DNA from: a bacterium
Lineage (GTDB): Bacteria > UBA8248
Direction: 5' to 3'
Length of the DNA stretch: 64,000 bases
NCBI GenBank assembly: GCA_965199855.1
Contig: OZ241326.1
Location: forward strand, 1,184,001-1,248,000
Both the position numbers and the translations under genes were made by a program. The notes beneath the pieces were generated by a model. It did not search any database. It was given only the letters and a program-made list of their open reading frames with translations, and had not been told where the DNA came from. Position 1 is the stretch's first letter. Every line of letters begins with the position of its first letter. Shown here piece after piece: positions 50,041 through 58,455 of the stretch.

Positions 50041-50424
50041 GTGACTTCCTGGCGCGTCCTGCTCGCGCATCCCCGTTACGAGCTGAAAAGGCGCGCCGGG
50101 CGCGAGGGGGCGCGCTTCGTCCTCGCGGGCGACGTGGACGGGGCGGCCGCCGCGCGGGCGCTCGACGCCGTGGAGCGGGAAGTCGCCGGGAAGCCGGAGG
50201 AGAGCCTCGCGCGCCTGGACCTGGAGGAGCTGGAGCTCGCCGACGGCGTCGCCGCCGCGCGCATGGTGGATCTCATTCGCCTTCTGCTGGACGCGGCGCG
50301 GCGGGTGGAGGTGCTCCGCTCCCCGCAGACGCTGGCGCACGCCCTCTATCGGACGGGAATGCTGGAGGGGGCCTCGAGGCTCGCGCTGGTCGAGCCGCGC
50401 CGGGAGGAAGGCGCCGCGAGCTGA
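50041..50424 (+). CDS. STAS-like domain protein
   Basis: LAGDVD...LDLEELELADG pattern; start uncertain. Confidence 0.55.
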   Translation: MTSWRVLLAHPRYELKRRAGREGARFVLAGDVDGAAAARALDAVEREVAGKPEESLARLDLEELELADGVAAARMVDLIRLLLDAARRVEVLRSPQTLAHALYRTGMLEGASRLALVEPRREEGAAS

Positions 50425-50481
50425 GCGTGAGCGCGCGGCCCGCGCCCTTCCGAATCGCCCTTGAAGCGCAGGGAGTCCCGC

Positions 50482-51366
50482 ATGAGTCCCGTATCCGCGA
50501 AAGACCCCTGGCCGAGAAAGCGCGCGCGCGTTCTCGACGCGGAGATGTCCTACCTGGAGGCGGGCGCGGGCGACCCCATCGTGCTCCTGCACGGGAACCC
50601 GACCACCTCCTATCTCTGGCGGAACGTGATTCCCCGACTGGAGCCCCTGGGGCGGTGCCTCGCCCCCGACCTGATGAACAGCGGCGCCTCGGACAACGTT
50701 CCGGGCGGGGGCTGCCGCTTCGGCGATCACGTTCCCTATCTGGATGCGTGGCTCGAGGCGGCGGGCGCCGTGGAGAACGTCTTTTTCATACTGCACGACT
50801 GGGGAGCGGCGCTGGGGTTCCACCGCGTCTCCCGGTATCCGGAGCAGGCCGCCGGCCTCGCCTACATGGAGGCGATGGTGCGGCCGCGCCTGTGGTCGGA
50901 CATGCCGGAGGATCGCGTCGCGCAATTCAAAAAAATGCGCGGGGCGGACGGCCTCTCGATGATCATGGAGACCAATTTTTTCGTGGAGACCATGCTGTTC
51001 GAGCGCGGCATCGTCCGCGAACTCGGCGAGGAGGAGAAGCGCGCCTACCGCGAACCCACTCTCGATCCGCAGAAGAGAAGGCAGACCCACCGGTGGGCCT
51101 GCGAGATTCCCTTCGAGGGCGAGCCCGCGGACAATTATGAAATCGTGAGGCGCTACGGCGATTTTCTTCGCGCGAGCGCGGATTTGCCCAAGCTCTTCAT
51201 CAACTGCGAGGAGGGCCACGCCCTGGCGGGGGCGGCGCGGGCGTTCTGCCGCGAATGGCCGAACCAGGAGGAGGTCTCCGTCCCCGCGCGCCACTACGCG
51301 CAGGAGGACTGCCCGGACGAGATCGGCCGCGCCCTCGCCCGCTTCATCCGCAAGACGAGGGGGTGA
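50482..51366 (+). CDS. Haloalkane dehalogenase (DhaA/LinB-like)
   Basis: LLHGNPTTSYLWRNVIP, RCLAPDL, HDWG nucleophile, AYME, HYAQED.PDEIG. Confidence 0.9.
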   Translation: MSPVSAKDPWPRKRARVLDAEMSYLEAGAGDPIVLLHGNPTTSYLWRNVIPRLEPLGRCLAPDLMNSGASDNVPGGGCRFGDHVPYLDAWLEAAGAVENVFFILHDWGAALGFHRVSRYPEQAAGLAYMEAMVRPRLWSDMPEDRVAQFKKMRGADGLSMIMETNFFVETMLFERGIVRELGEEEKRAYREPTLDPQKRRQTHRWACEIPFEGEPADNYEIVRRYGDFLRASADLPKLFINCEEGHALAGAARAFCREWPNQEEVSVPARHYAQEDCPDEIGRALARFIRKTRG

Positions 51367-51379
51367 GGGGGAAGCATCA

Positions 51380-52441
51380 GTGAGGCGTTCGCGGAGGGGG
51401 GGCAGTTTCCGGCGGCTTCCCCGTCTTGTCCTTGTTGTTGCTTTTTGCGCTTTCCTGCCGAGCGGCGCCGTCTCCGGGGAGGACGATTCGGAGCGGGGCG
51501 GCGTCGCCGAGCCGCTGCGCATCGTCAACCTCCATCCGTTTCATCTCCTGTATGGGACGCCCGCCTCTTTCGGCGCCCGGATACTGGCGCCGGGCGCGTC
51601 GGAGCTGATCGTCTCTGCGGATATGGCTTCCTACCTGATTGAAGAGAGCGCCGGCATGGAGCGCGTCCTGCTTGACGGCGAGACCTACAGGCTGGCGCTC
51701 GCCCTGCGAAGCGGATTCCGAGATCGCTGGGAGTGGTTCGTCGAAGCGCCCCTCATCGCGCATCGCGCAGGCGCGTTCGACGGGTTCATCGAGAGCTGGC
51801 ATGGCTTTTTCGGCTTGCCGCAGGGCGGCAGGGACAAGGCGCCGCGCGACCGGCTGGCGCTCTTCTACGGGGATGAAGCCGGCGCCCGCGTCGATATCCG
51901 CGGAAGCGTCCTCTCGTTCGGGGACGTCAGCTTCGGAGTGGGCCATGCGCCGCCGCAGCGGCGCTCGTCGAATGATGGCGTGGCGATTCGGGCGAGCGTA
52001 AAGTTGCCGACTGGCGCGAAAGACGCCCTGGCCGGCTCCGGCGGCTTTTCGGTCTCGGTCTGGGCGGAAGCCTCGGGCGCGCTGCCCGGCGCGGCCGACT
52101 CGCGCAGGTGGCTCTACGCGGCGACTTTGGGAGCGCTCGCCGCCGAGGGGCCGCGGAATCTTCCGGGATTCGGCGGCGGACTCATCGCCTTCGGACGCTT
52201 CGGGGTGACCTGGAGACCCTTGGCGCGCCTCGCCCTGACGGCGCAGATGGACGTTAACTCCTCCCCCTACGGATCTTCCGGCGCGTCTTCGCTTTCCGAT
52301 CCGATCGTCATGCTGGGCATCGGCGGCGCGCTGCGGCTTTCCGCGCATACGACGCTTGAAGCCGCTCTCACGGAAGACGACGGCTCGAGGCTCGCCGCGC
52401 CCGACGTCGGCTTCCACTTCGCCCTGCGCCGGAGACTGTGA
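51380..52441 (+). CDS. Outer-membrane beta-barrel protein (DUF3187-like)
   Basis: Signal-like segment, LDGET, G.FDGFIESWHGFFGLPQGGR, VKLPTG, ED...APD. Confidence 0.75.
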   Translation: MRRSRRGGSFRRLPRLVLVVAFCAFLPSGAVSGEDDSERGGVAEPLRIVNLHPFHLLYGTPASFGARILAPGASELIVSADMASYLIEESAGMERVLLDGETYRLALALRSGFRDRWEWFVEAPLIAHRAGAFDGFIESWHGFFGLPQGGRDKAPRDRLALFYGDEAGARVDIRGSVLSFGDVSFGVGHAPPQRRSSNDGVAIRASVKLPTGAKDALAGSGGFSVSVWAEASGALPGAADSRRWLYAATLGALAAEGPRNLPGFGGGLIAFGRFGVTWRPLARLALTAQMDVNSSPYGSSGASSLSDPIVMLGIGGALRLSAHTTLEAALTEDDGSRLAAPDVGFHFALRRRL

Positions 52442-52616
52442 AAGCGGGCCGGAATGAAAATCGCGGCGGGGAGTCCGGGCGCCGAGCCTTGCGCTCCCGC
52501 CGGCTTCGGCGCCGCGAGAAGGTTGTTTTCCGCTCTTCCGGGGACATCGATCGCCGTTCAACCCGGGCGCCGTCTCCCGTATAATGCCGGCGCCTCCGCC
52601 CACGAGGAGAGAGCCC

Positions 52617-53795
52617 ATGGTCGTCAAGGCGGTGCGGAAGGTTCCCTGGTTCGCCCGGTTTCCCGACAACTATCGCTGGTCGTTCATCGCCTCCATCGCG
52701 CTGATGCGCGTGGCGGGCGGGGGGGCGGACGTCGCCGAGATTTTCGAGGTCTGCCGCCGCCTGGAGGGAAGCGCGGGCGACGACGCCCGCTGGTTCGAGG
52801 AGTGGCGCCGCATGGGGGCGCGCGTCCGCGCGATGGGGATGGCGGCGGCGCGGCGCGGCCGCGGCCTCACGGCGGCGGGGTGCTTCTGCCGCTCGGCCGC
52901 CTATTACCAGACGGCCGACAGGTTCCGCTTCCCGAAGGACGCGGCCTCGCGGGCCGCCTACCGCAAGTCCATCGACGGCTTTCAGCGCTACGTCCGCCTG
53001 AACGACAGCCCCCGGGCGGAGATCGTGGAGATTCCCTTCGAGGGCGGCAAGAGCCTGCCCGCCTATTTCGTCCACGCGGAGCGCGCGCGCCGCTCGAAGC
53101 CGCCCGTGGTCGCGCTCTACACGGGCTTCGACGGCACGAAGGAGACGCCCATGATTCTCGCCGCGCGCGAGCTCGCCCGGCGCGGGATGAGCGTGGTGGT
53201 TCCCGACACGCCGGGGGTGGGCGAGGCCATCCGCTTCCGCAAGATCTATCTGCGGCACGACTACGAGGTCGCCGGCGCCGCGATTCTCGACTGGCTGGAG
53301 AAGCGCGGCGACGTGAACGCCCGGCGCGCGGGGATAATGGCATCGAGCCTGGGCGGATACTACGCCCCCCGAACCGCCGCCATGGAGCCGCGCTTCAGGG
53401 CGTGCGTCGCATGGGGCGCGGTGTGGGACTACCACGCCGTGTGGAAAAGGCGCATCGAGGCGGCCTTCCGGATTCAGCTGCCCTCGCCGGGGAATCATCT
53501 GGCGTGGAGCTTCAACGTGAAGACGCCGGAGGAGGGTCTGAAGCGGCTGGAGGGCTTCCGGCTGGACGGCGTGGCGCAGCGGATGCGCTGCCCCTTCCTG
53601 CTGGCGCACGGGGCGGACGACCAGCAGATTCCCGTGGAGGACGCGCGAAGGCTCTTCCGCGCGGCGGGCGCCAGGGACAAGACGCTCAAAATCTTCAGCG
53701 GGCGGGACGGCGGCGCCCAGCACTGCCACATGGACTACGCGGGCCCCGCCGTGGCCTTCATGGCCGACTGGATGGCCGAGAAGCTGGGCGCGTGA
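52617..53795 (+). CDS. Alpha/beta hydrolase (2,6-dihydroxypseudooxynicotine hydrolase/FrsA-like)
   Basis: EIPFEG..LPAY, GFDGTKE, D.PG.GE, SLGGYYAPR.AA.EPR, GGAQHC. Confidence 0.85.
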   Translation: MVVKAVRKVPWFARFPDNYRWSFIASIALMRVAGGGADVAEIFEVCRRLEGSAGDDARWFEEWRRMGARVRAMGMAAARRGRGLTAAGCFCRSAAYYQTADRFRFPKDAASRAAYRKSIDGFQRYVRLNDSPRAEIVEIPFEGGKSLPAYFVHAERARRSKPPVVALYTGFDGTKETPMILAARELARRGMSVVVPDTPGVGEAIRFRKIYLRHDYEVAGAAILDWLEKRGDVNARRAGIMASSLGGYYAPRTAAMEPRFRACVAWGAVWDYHAVWKRRIEAAFRIQLPSPGNHLAWSFNVKTPEEGLKRLEGFRLDGVAQRMRCPFLLAHGADDQQIPVEDARRLFRAAGARDKTLKIFSGRDGGAQHCHMDYAGPAVAFMADWMAEKLGA

Positions 53796-53907
53796 GGGGC
53801 GCGGCGCGAAAGAGATTGACTTGTCCGGGGATGGCTGATTATCCTTCAGGAGGCCATCGCTGCGGCATCGGGAACGGCATGGAAATTCTGGGGTGAGAGG
53901 GGGCAGG

Positions 53908-54081
53908 ATGGACAGCGCCTGGATCGGCTTCCTGGTCGTGGCGCTGACGGTTCTCGGATCGAACGTATGGCTTCACAGGGACATAGCCTCTCTTCGGGAG
54001 CGCATAGCGACTCTCGAAGCGCGCATGTCGAGGCTGGAGGGAATCATCGAAGGGTTCATGGCGGGCCAGAAAACGGGATGA
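53908..54081 (+). CDS. Small membrane-anchored coiled-coil protein
   Basis: N-terminal TM, then LRERIATLEARMSRLEGIIEG. Confidence 0.65.
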   Translation: MDSAWIGFLVVALTVLGSNVWLHRDIASLRERIATLEARMSRLEGIIEGFMAGQKTG

Positions 54082-54326
54082 GCCCGGTTGCGTAGGGACA
54101 TGGATCGCAAGCGAAGCGGGCGGGGCGGACGACGCCCTCCGCTTCCGTTCCCGACAGCCTGAAAGCGCGGCCTTGGCCGTCATGCGCCCCCATCCGCGCG
54201 GAAGCGCCTCGCGCGAAAGAAAGCCAAGGTCGGGGCGCGCCTCCGCTCCCTGAAAGCGCCCGGGCGTCGTTCCCCTTCCGCAACGTGATGGTCGGCCTTC
54301 TCGCGCCCGCCCGCGAGGGTTCTCGC

Positions 54327-55787
54327 ATGAAGCCCAACTTCAGAAACCGCACCCTGTGGACGGGGGACAACCTCGACATTATGCGGGGGATGAACTCGGG
54401 CGCGGCGGATTTGATCTACCTCGACCCTCCCTTCAACTCGAACCGGGACTACGCCGCCCCCATCGGCTCCGAAGCCGCGGGCGCCGCCTTCAAGGACACC
54501 TGGACGCTGAGCGACGTGGACGAGGCGTGGCACGGCGAGGTCGCCGAGCAGGACCCCGCGCTCTACCGCATCCTCGACGCCGCCGGCCACGCCCACGGCA
54601 GGGGCATGAAATCCTACCTCATCATGATGGCCGTGCGCCTGCTGGAAATGCGGCGGCTCCTGAAGCCCTCAGGCTCCATCTACCTGCACTGCGACCCCAC
54701 GGCGAGCCACTATCTCAAGACGCTGATGGACGCCGTGTTCGGGGCGAGGAACTTCCGAAGCGAGATTGTCTGGAAGCGCACTTCGAGCCATAACCGCGCC
54801 AAGCGGTGGGGGCCGATCCACGATACGATTCTGTTCTATTCGGCGGCGGGGAAATCCACCTGGAACCGCGTTTTGCAACCATTGGACGAGGGCTACGTCG
54901 AAAGATTCTATCGCTACGAAGACGACAGAGGGCGCTACCGGGTCGGCGATTTGACCGGGCCGGGATTGCGCGACGGCGACACCGGCCGGCCCTGGCGGGG
55001 AATCGACCCCTCGACCCGCAGCCGCCACTGGGAATTGCCGCCGGATCGCGCGTTGCCCGGCTGGTTCGTCTTCCCGGAAGGCTACTCGAAGTTGAGCGTA
55101 GGGGATCGCCTGGACGCGCTGGACGGACAGGGCTTGATCTACTGGCCGAAGAAGAAAGGCGGAATGCCCACCTTCAAGCGCTATCTGGGCGAGAACAGCG
55201 GCGCGCCCGTCCAGGACATGATCCTCGACATCAAGCCGCTTTCAGCCGCCGCCATGGAAAATGTGAGCTACCCCACCCAGAAGCCGCTCGCTTTGCTGGA
55301 GCGCGTCATCCGCGCGAGCTCGAACGAGGGCGACGTGGTGCTGGATCCGTTCTGCGGGTGCGCCACCGCCCTGGTCGCCGCCGAGCGGCTGGGCAGGGAG
55401 TGGGTCGGCATCGACCTCTCTCCGCTCGCCGCGAAGCTGGTGAAGTCGCGCCTGGAGAAGGAGATGCGCCTTTTCTACGACGTGCATCACCGGACGGACA
55501 TTCCGAGAAGGACGGACCTGGGCGAGCTGCCCAGCTACAAGACCCACAGGCACACGCTCTACGGCAGGCAGGAGGGCCTGTGCGCGGGCTGCCGCGTGAT
55601 GTTCCCCTTCCGCAACATGACGGTCGACCACGTCGTGCCGCGCGCGAGGGGCGGGAGCGACCACCTGGAGAACCTGCAGCTGCTCTGCGGCGCCTGCAAC
55701 GCCAAGAAGGGAACGCGCCCGCACGAGGCGCTCATCGCCGACCTGGAGCGGGAGGGGCTGCGCCAGCCCCCGCCCCCCCGCGCATGA
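54327..55787 (+). CDS. Beta-class N6/N4 DNA methyltransferase fused to a C-terminal HNH endonuclease
   Basis: DLIYLDPPF (motif IV), YPTQKP, VLDPFCGCAT (motif I), then CAGC...DHVVPRARGG.DH..NLQLLC..CN..K. Confidence 0.92.
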   Translation: MKPNFRNRTLWTGDNLDIMRGMNSGAADLIYLDPPFNSNRDYAAPIGSEAAGAAFKDTWTLSDVDEAWHGEVAEQDPALYRILDAAGHAHGRGMKSYLIMMAVRLLEMRRLLKPSGSIYLHCDPTASHYLKTLMDAVFGARNFRSEIVWKRTSSHNRAKRWGPIHDTILFYSAAGKSTWNRVLQPLDEGYVERFYRYEDDRGRYRVGDLTGPGLRDGDTGRPWRGIDPSTRSRHWELPPDRALPGWFVFPEGYSKLSVGDRLDALDGQGLIYWPKKKGGMPTFKRYLGENSGAPVQDMILDIKPLSAAAMENVSYPTQKPLALLERVIRASSNEGDVVLDPFCGCATALVAAERLGREWVGIDLSPLAAKLVKSRLEKEMRLFYDVHHRTDIPRRTDLGELPSYKTHRHTLYGRQEGLCAGCRVMFPFRNMTVDHVVPRARGGSDHLENLQLLCGACNAKKGTRPHEALIADLEREGLRQPPPPRA

Positions 55788-56611
55788 GCGCGCCCGCCTT
55801 CGAGACGTTGCTGTTCGAGACGCGCGGGCGGGTGGCCGTTCTGCGGCTGAACCGCCCGGAGCGGCTGAACGCCATGAACCGCGTCATGCTCCGGGAGCTG
55901 GGCGAGGCGTGCGACCGGGTGGAGGCGGACGACGCCGTATCCGTCCTCGTGCTCACGGGGGAGGGGACTTCCTTCTCCTCGGGCTTCGACCTGAAGGAGC
56001 AGGCGGAGGAGACGCCCGAGGGCTTCGCCGCGTGGCGGCGCGCGCTCAGGCAGGACTTCGACGCGGTGATGCGCTTCTGGAATCTCGCCAAGCCCACCGT
56101 CGCCGCCGTGCGGGGGCACGCCCTGGCGGGCGGCTGCGAGCTGGCGCTCGCCTGCGACCTCACCATCGCGGCGGAGGGCGCCGCGTTCGGCGAGCCCGAG
56201 CTCAAATTCGGGGCGGGCATCGTCGTGATGCTCCTGCCCTGGCTCACGAACCCCAAGGCGGCGAAGGAGATTCTCCTCACGGGGGAGGACGGCATCTCCG
56301 CGCGCGAGGCCCGGCGCCTGGGGCTGGTGAACCGGGTCGTCCCCGACGCGGAGCTGATGGAGGCGGCCATGTCCACGGCGCGGAGGATGGCGCGAATGGA
56401 CTTGAGCCTTCTCAGGGCGACCAAGGCGGCCGCCAACCGCGCCTTCGAGATCATGGGCATGGGGCGCGCGCTGGAGGCGGCCCTCGACATCGACCTCGCC
56501 ATCGAGGGGCGCGGCACGCCGGACAAGGCCCGCTTCCTCGAAATCGCCGGAAGCGAGGGCCTGCGCGCCGCCGTCGCCTGGCGCGACGCGAGGTTTCGGG
56601 ATTCGGAGTGA
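55784..56611 (+). CDS. Enoyl-CoA hydratase/isomerase family protein
   Basis: LNRPERLNAM, FSSGFDL, GHALAGGCELALACD, FGEPE; ATGA overlap. Confidence 0.92.
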   Translation: MSAPAFETLLFETRGRVAVLRLNRPERLNAMNRVMLRELGEACDRVEADDAVSVLVLTGEGTSFSSGFDLKEQAEETPEGFAAWRRALRQDFDAVMRFWNLAKPTVAAVRGHALAGGCELALACDLTIAAEGAAFGEPELKFGAGIVVMLLPWLTNPKAAKEILLTGEDGISAREARRLGLVNRVVPDAELMEAAMSTARRMARMDLSLLRATKAAANRAFEIMGMGRALEAALDIDLAIEGRGTPDKARFLEIAGSEGLRAAVAWRDARFRDSE

Positions 56612-56685
56612 TCCTTGTTGTCTCTACGCATCTCGTAAGGTGCGCTGATTGCTGATACGGGCTTCTTTGGTTTAGGCTCCATTGT

Positions 56686-57285
56686 ATGGGGACTAATGAA
56701 TTAAGAAAGAGAGATGTATGGCAGGATATTGGTGGGGCAAGAGCGACTGCGGCCGCACGCTCTTTTTTTAGCGTATTTCAAAACAGTTTTCAGGGAACAA
56801 ACTTTAGAATTAGGGCGAATCCACAAGAATTCAGAACTGTTTATGTGAATTACCCTCTTTCAGATGAAACGCTATCCGAAATATACACCCCATCTGCTCC
56901 AATCAAAAGACATGGCATAGCGCCGGACTATGCAATCGAGCATATAGAGTCAGGGAAGGCTCTATATGTGGAAGTAAAAAGACAGGATGGTTGGGTAGAA
57001 GGCAAACCCAGAAGTGCGGGCAGAGGAAATGTTCACGAAAGGTGTTGTAGATACTTCACTCCGGGATTGCTAAAGATTTTACGCGAAAAAGGTAAGATAC
57101 ATGAAAGCGCCTTGCCTTTTTGGGCAGTCTTTCAGGGCGACATAACCAGAGACCCGTGCAGGGTAAGGGAAATTACTTGTTGGTTTGACATATACGCTAA
57201 TCATTGCTTCTTTTGGCGCGATATTAAAGACCCGACTCAGTTGATAGAGCATTTCGATCAAAACCTGAAACATCTTCTTTGTTAG
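56686..57285 (+). CDS. MunI-family type II restriction endonuclease
   Basis: PDYAIE...EVKRQDGWVEGK..SAGRGNVHER.C..FTPGLLK, LPFW.VF.GDITRDP.RVREI matches R.MunI as I recall it. Confidence 0.9.
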   Translation: MGTNELRKRDVWQDIGGARATAAARSFFSVFQNSFQGTNFRIRANPQEFRTVYVNYPLSDETLSEIYTPSAPIKRHGIAPDYAIEHIESGKALYVEVKRQDGWVEGKPRSAGRGNVHERCCRYFTPGLLKILREKGKIHESALPFWAVFQGDITRDPCRVREITCWFDIYANHCFFWRDIKDPTQLIEHFDQNLKHLLC

Positions 57286-57967
57286 CAATAGCGTTGTCGT
57301 GAAACGTCTCTAAACCCCAAGACTCCCAGCCGTTTCTTTTTGCTCTGGCAAACAGTTCGATTTTTTTCTGAGCGGGAAACATTTTTTCTATGTTTTCGGC
57401 TACTTGGATTGGTTTTTCGCTATGTCTTGCTCTTGGCGAGCTTATCAGCTGTTTGATGTTTCTAGCTCCCCTTGGCTTGGGTATTCGCCCTTTCTTGAAC
57501 AGGAGACACAATTCACAATAAGAAAGGGTGTATTGCCCCGGATTGTGCATCATTTTGTTCCATACGAACGCCACGGTTTTATATTCAAAACCCCAAGCAT
57601 TGCCAAGTTCCATGGCTTGTTGCAAATGCGGATTAGTTGTCCACAAAAATAAAAGGCTGTCATCTTCGGCTATCGAGGCTATGTTAAGTTTTTTCAATTC
57701 CGATGTTTTTATAGTTGGGTATTTGAACGAGGCGGCACTGACAAAAACATCTTTTCGCCACCCATCATTTTCTGCGATGGTTCCCGACTTATCAAATTGC
57801 AATTTCCCGTTATAGTGCCAAGGTGGATCGGCGTATAGAATTGAAAACTTTGAATCTGGCAATGGGGGGTAAATTTCCCCAAGAGTGTTTGTCTTCGTTT
57901 TTTTAATGACTTTTTCACCGTAGATGGCGTAACCAGACCTCACTTGTTTTGTGCTCGAACCTTTCAT
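57224..57967 (-). CDS. MT-A70 family N6-adenine DNA methyltransferase (M.MunI-like)
   Basis: ILYADPPW, LFLWTT.P.L, WGFEYKT.AFVW.K, HSEKP, KIELFAR; AGAGGTG RBS. Confidence 0.92.
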   Translation of the reverse strand: MKGSSTKQVRSGYAIYGEKVIKKTKTNTLGEIYPPLPDSKFSILYADPPWHYNGKLQFDKSGTIAENDGWRKDVFVSAASFKYPTIKTSELKKLNIASIAEDDSLLFLWTTNPHLQQAMELGNAWGFEYKTVAFVWNKMMHNPGQYTLSYCELCLLFKKGRIPKPRGARNIKQLISSPRARHSEKPIQVAENIEKMFPAQKKIELFARAKRNGWESWGLETFHDNAIANKEDVSGFDRNALSTESGL

Positions 57968-58115
57968 AATTCACCTCTTGTTGAAGGTTCAATGCTATGG
58001 CATCAGCTTATTCACATGCCCAATTTGCCAAACACCTTTGGCCTTAATTCGATAATATGTTTTATTGTATTTTTCTCCAACCCGATTTGTGCTAGCATAT
58101 TAGATGTCGGGGGAT

Positions 58116-58185
58116 TGGTGGAGCGCCGGGGAATCGAACCCCGCGAGCGTGGGCTCTAAAACCTGCCCGGGAACCTCCGCGCCCC
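58116..58185 (-). ncRNA. Non-canonical 70-nt tRNA-like RNA with alanine acceptor identity
   Basis: GGGGCGC/GCGCTCC 7-bp acceptor with G3:U70, discriminator A, encoded CCA; T arm CGGGG-TTCGATT-CCCCG; only 35 nt between acceptor and T arm, no normal D arm or anticodon arm. Confidence 0.7.
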
Positions 58186-58289
58186 ATAAATCCCGCTTTG
58201 TCGCTTGCCGGCTCAGGGACGAACTGAAACCGGCTAGCGATTCGGCCCTACCCAGGAACGTTCTGGGTAGGGCTTCAAATCCCCGCCCA
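58186..58289 (-). ncRNA. Structured 5' domain/leader of the tRNA-like RNA (two long hairpins)
   Basis: GCCCTACCCAG..CTGGGTAGGGC and TCGCTAGCCGGTTTCAG..CTGAGCCGGCAAGCGA hairpins between the promoter and the tRNA-like domain. Confidence 0.55.
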
Positions 58290-58294
58290 CGCAA

Positions 58295-58323
58295 AACATA
58301 GCCCCTTGCGGGCTCCCTGTCAA
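58295..58323 (-). promoter_or_regulatory. Sigma70 promoter driving the structured RNA
   Basis: TTGACA-N17-TATGTT on the minus strand. Confidence 0.7.
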
Positions 58324-58402
58324 GGCGCTAACGCTCATGTTGTCGATATTGTTGTTAAATTTTACCCACCAAATCAGTTAAGTTTTATTTTGTTGGCAGG
58401 GG

Positions 58403-58431
58403 TTGACAGGGGGAATGAAAACCCGTATCGT
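58403..58431 (+). promoter_or_regulatory. Sigma70 promoter for 58456..59265
   Basis: TTGACA-N17-TATCGT followed by GGAGGTG RBS. Confidence 0.7.
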
Positions 58432-58455
58432 GGTGGAAGGGTGGGAGGTGTCGCT

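Noticed and set aside
58150-58166. tRNA-Pyl/amber suppressor (CTCTAAA loop on the plus strand)
   Set aside because: The T loop and CCA are on the minus strand; plus-strand folding gives A-C mismatches and no T arm; no pyl genes seen.
58116-58290. Standard or two-piece tmRNA, or a retron msr/msd
   Set aside because: The acceptor halves are only 70 nt apart in unpermuted order, with no tag reading frame; no reverse transcriptase in the window.
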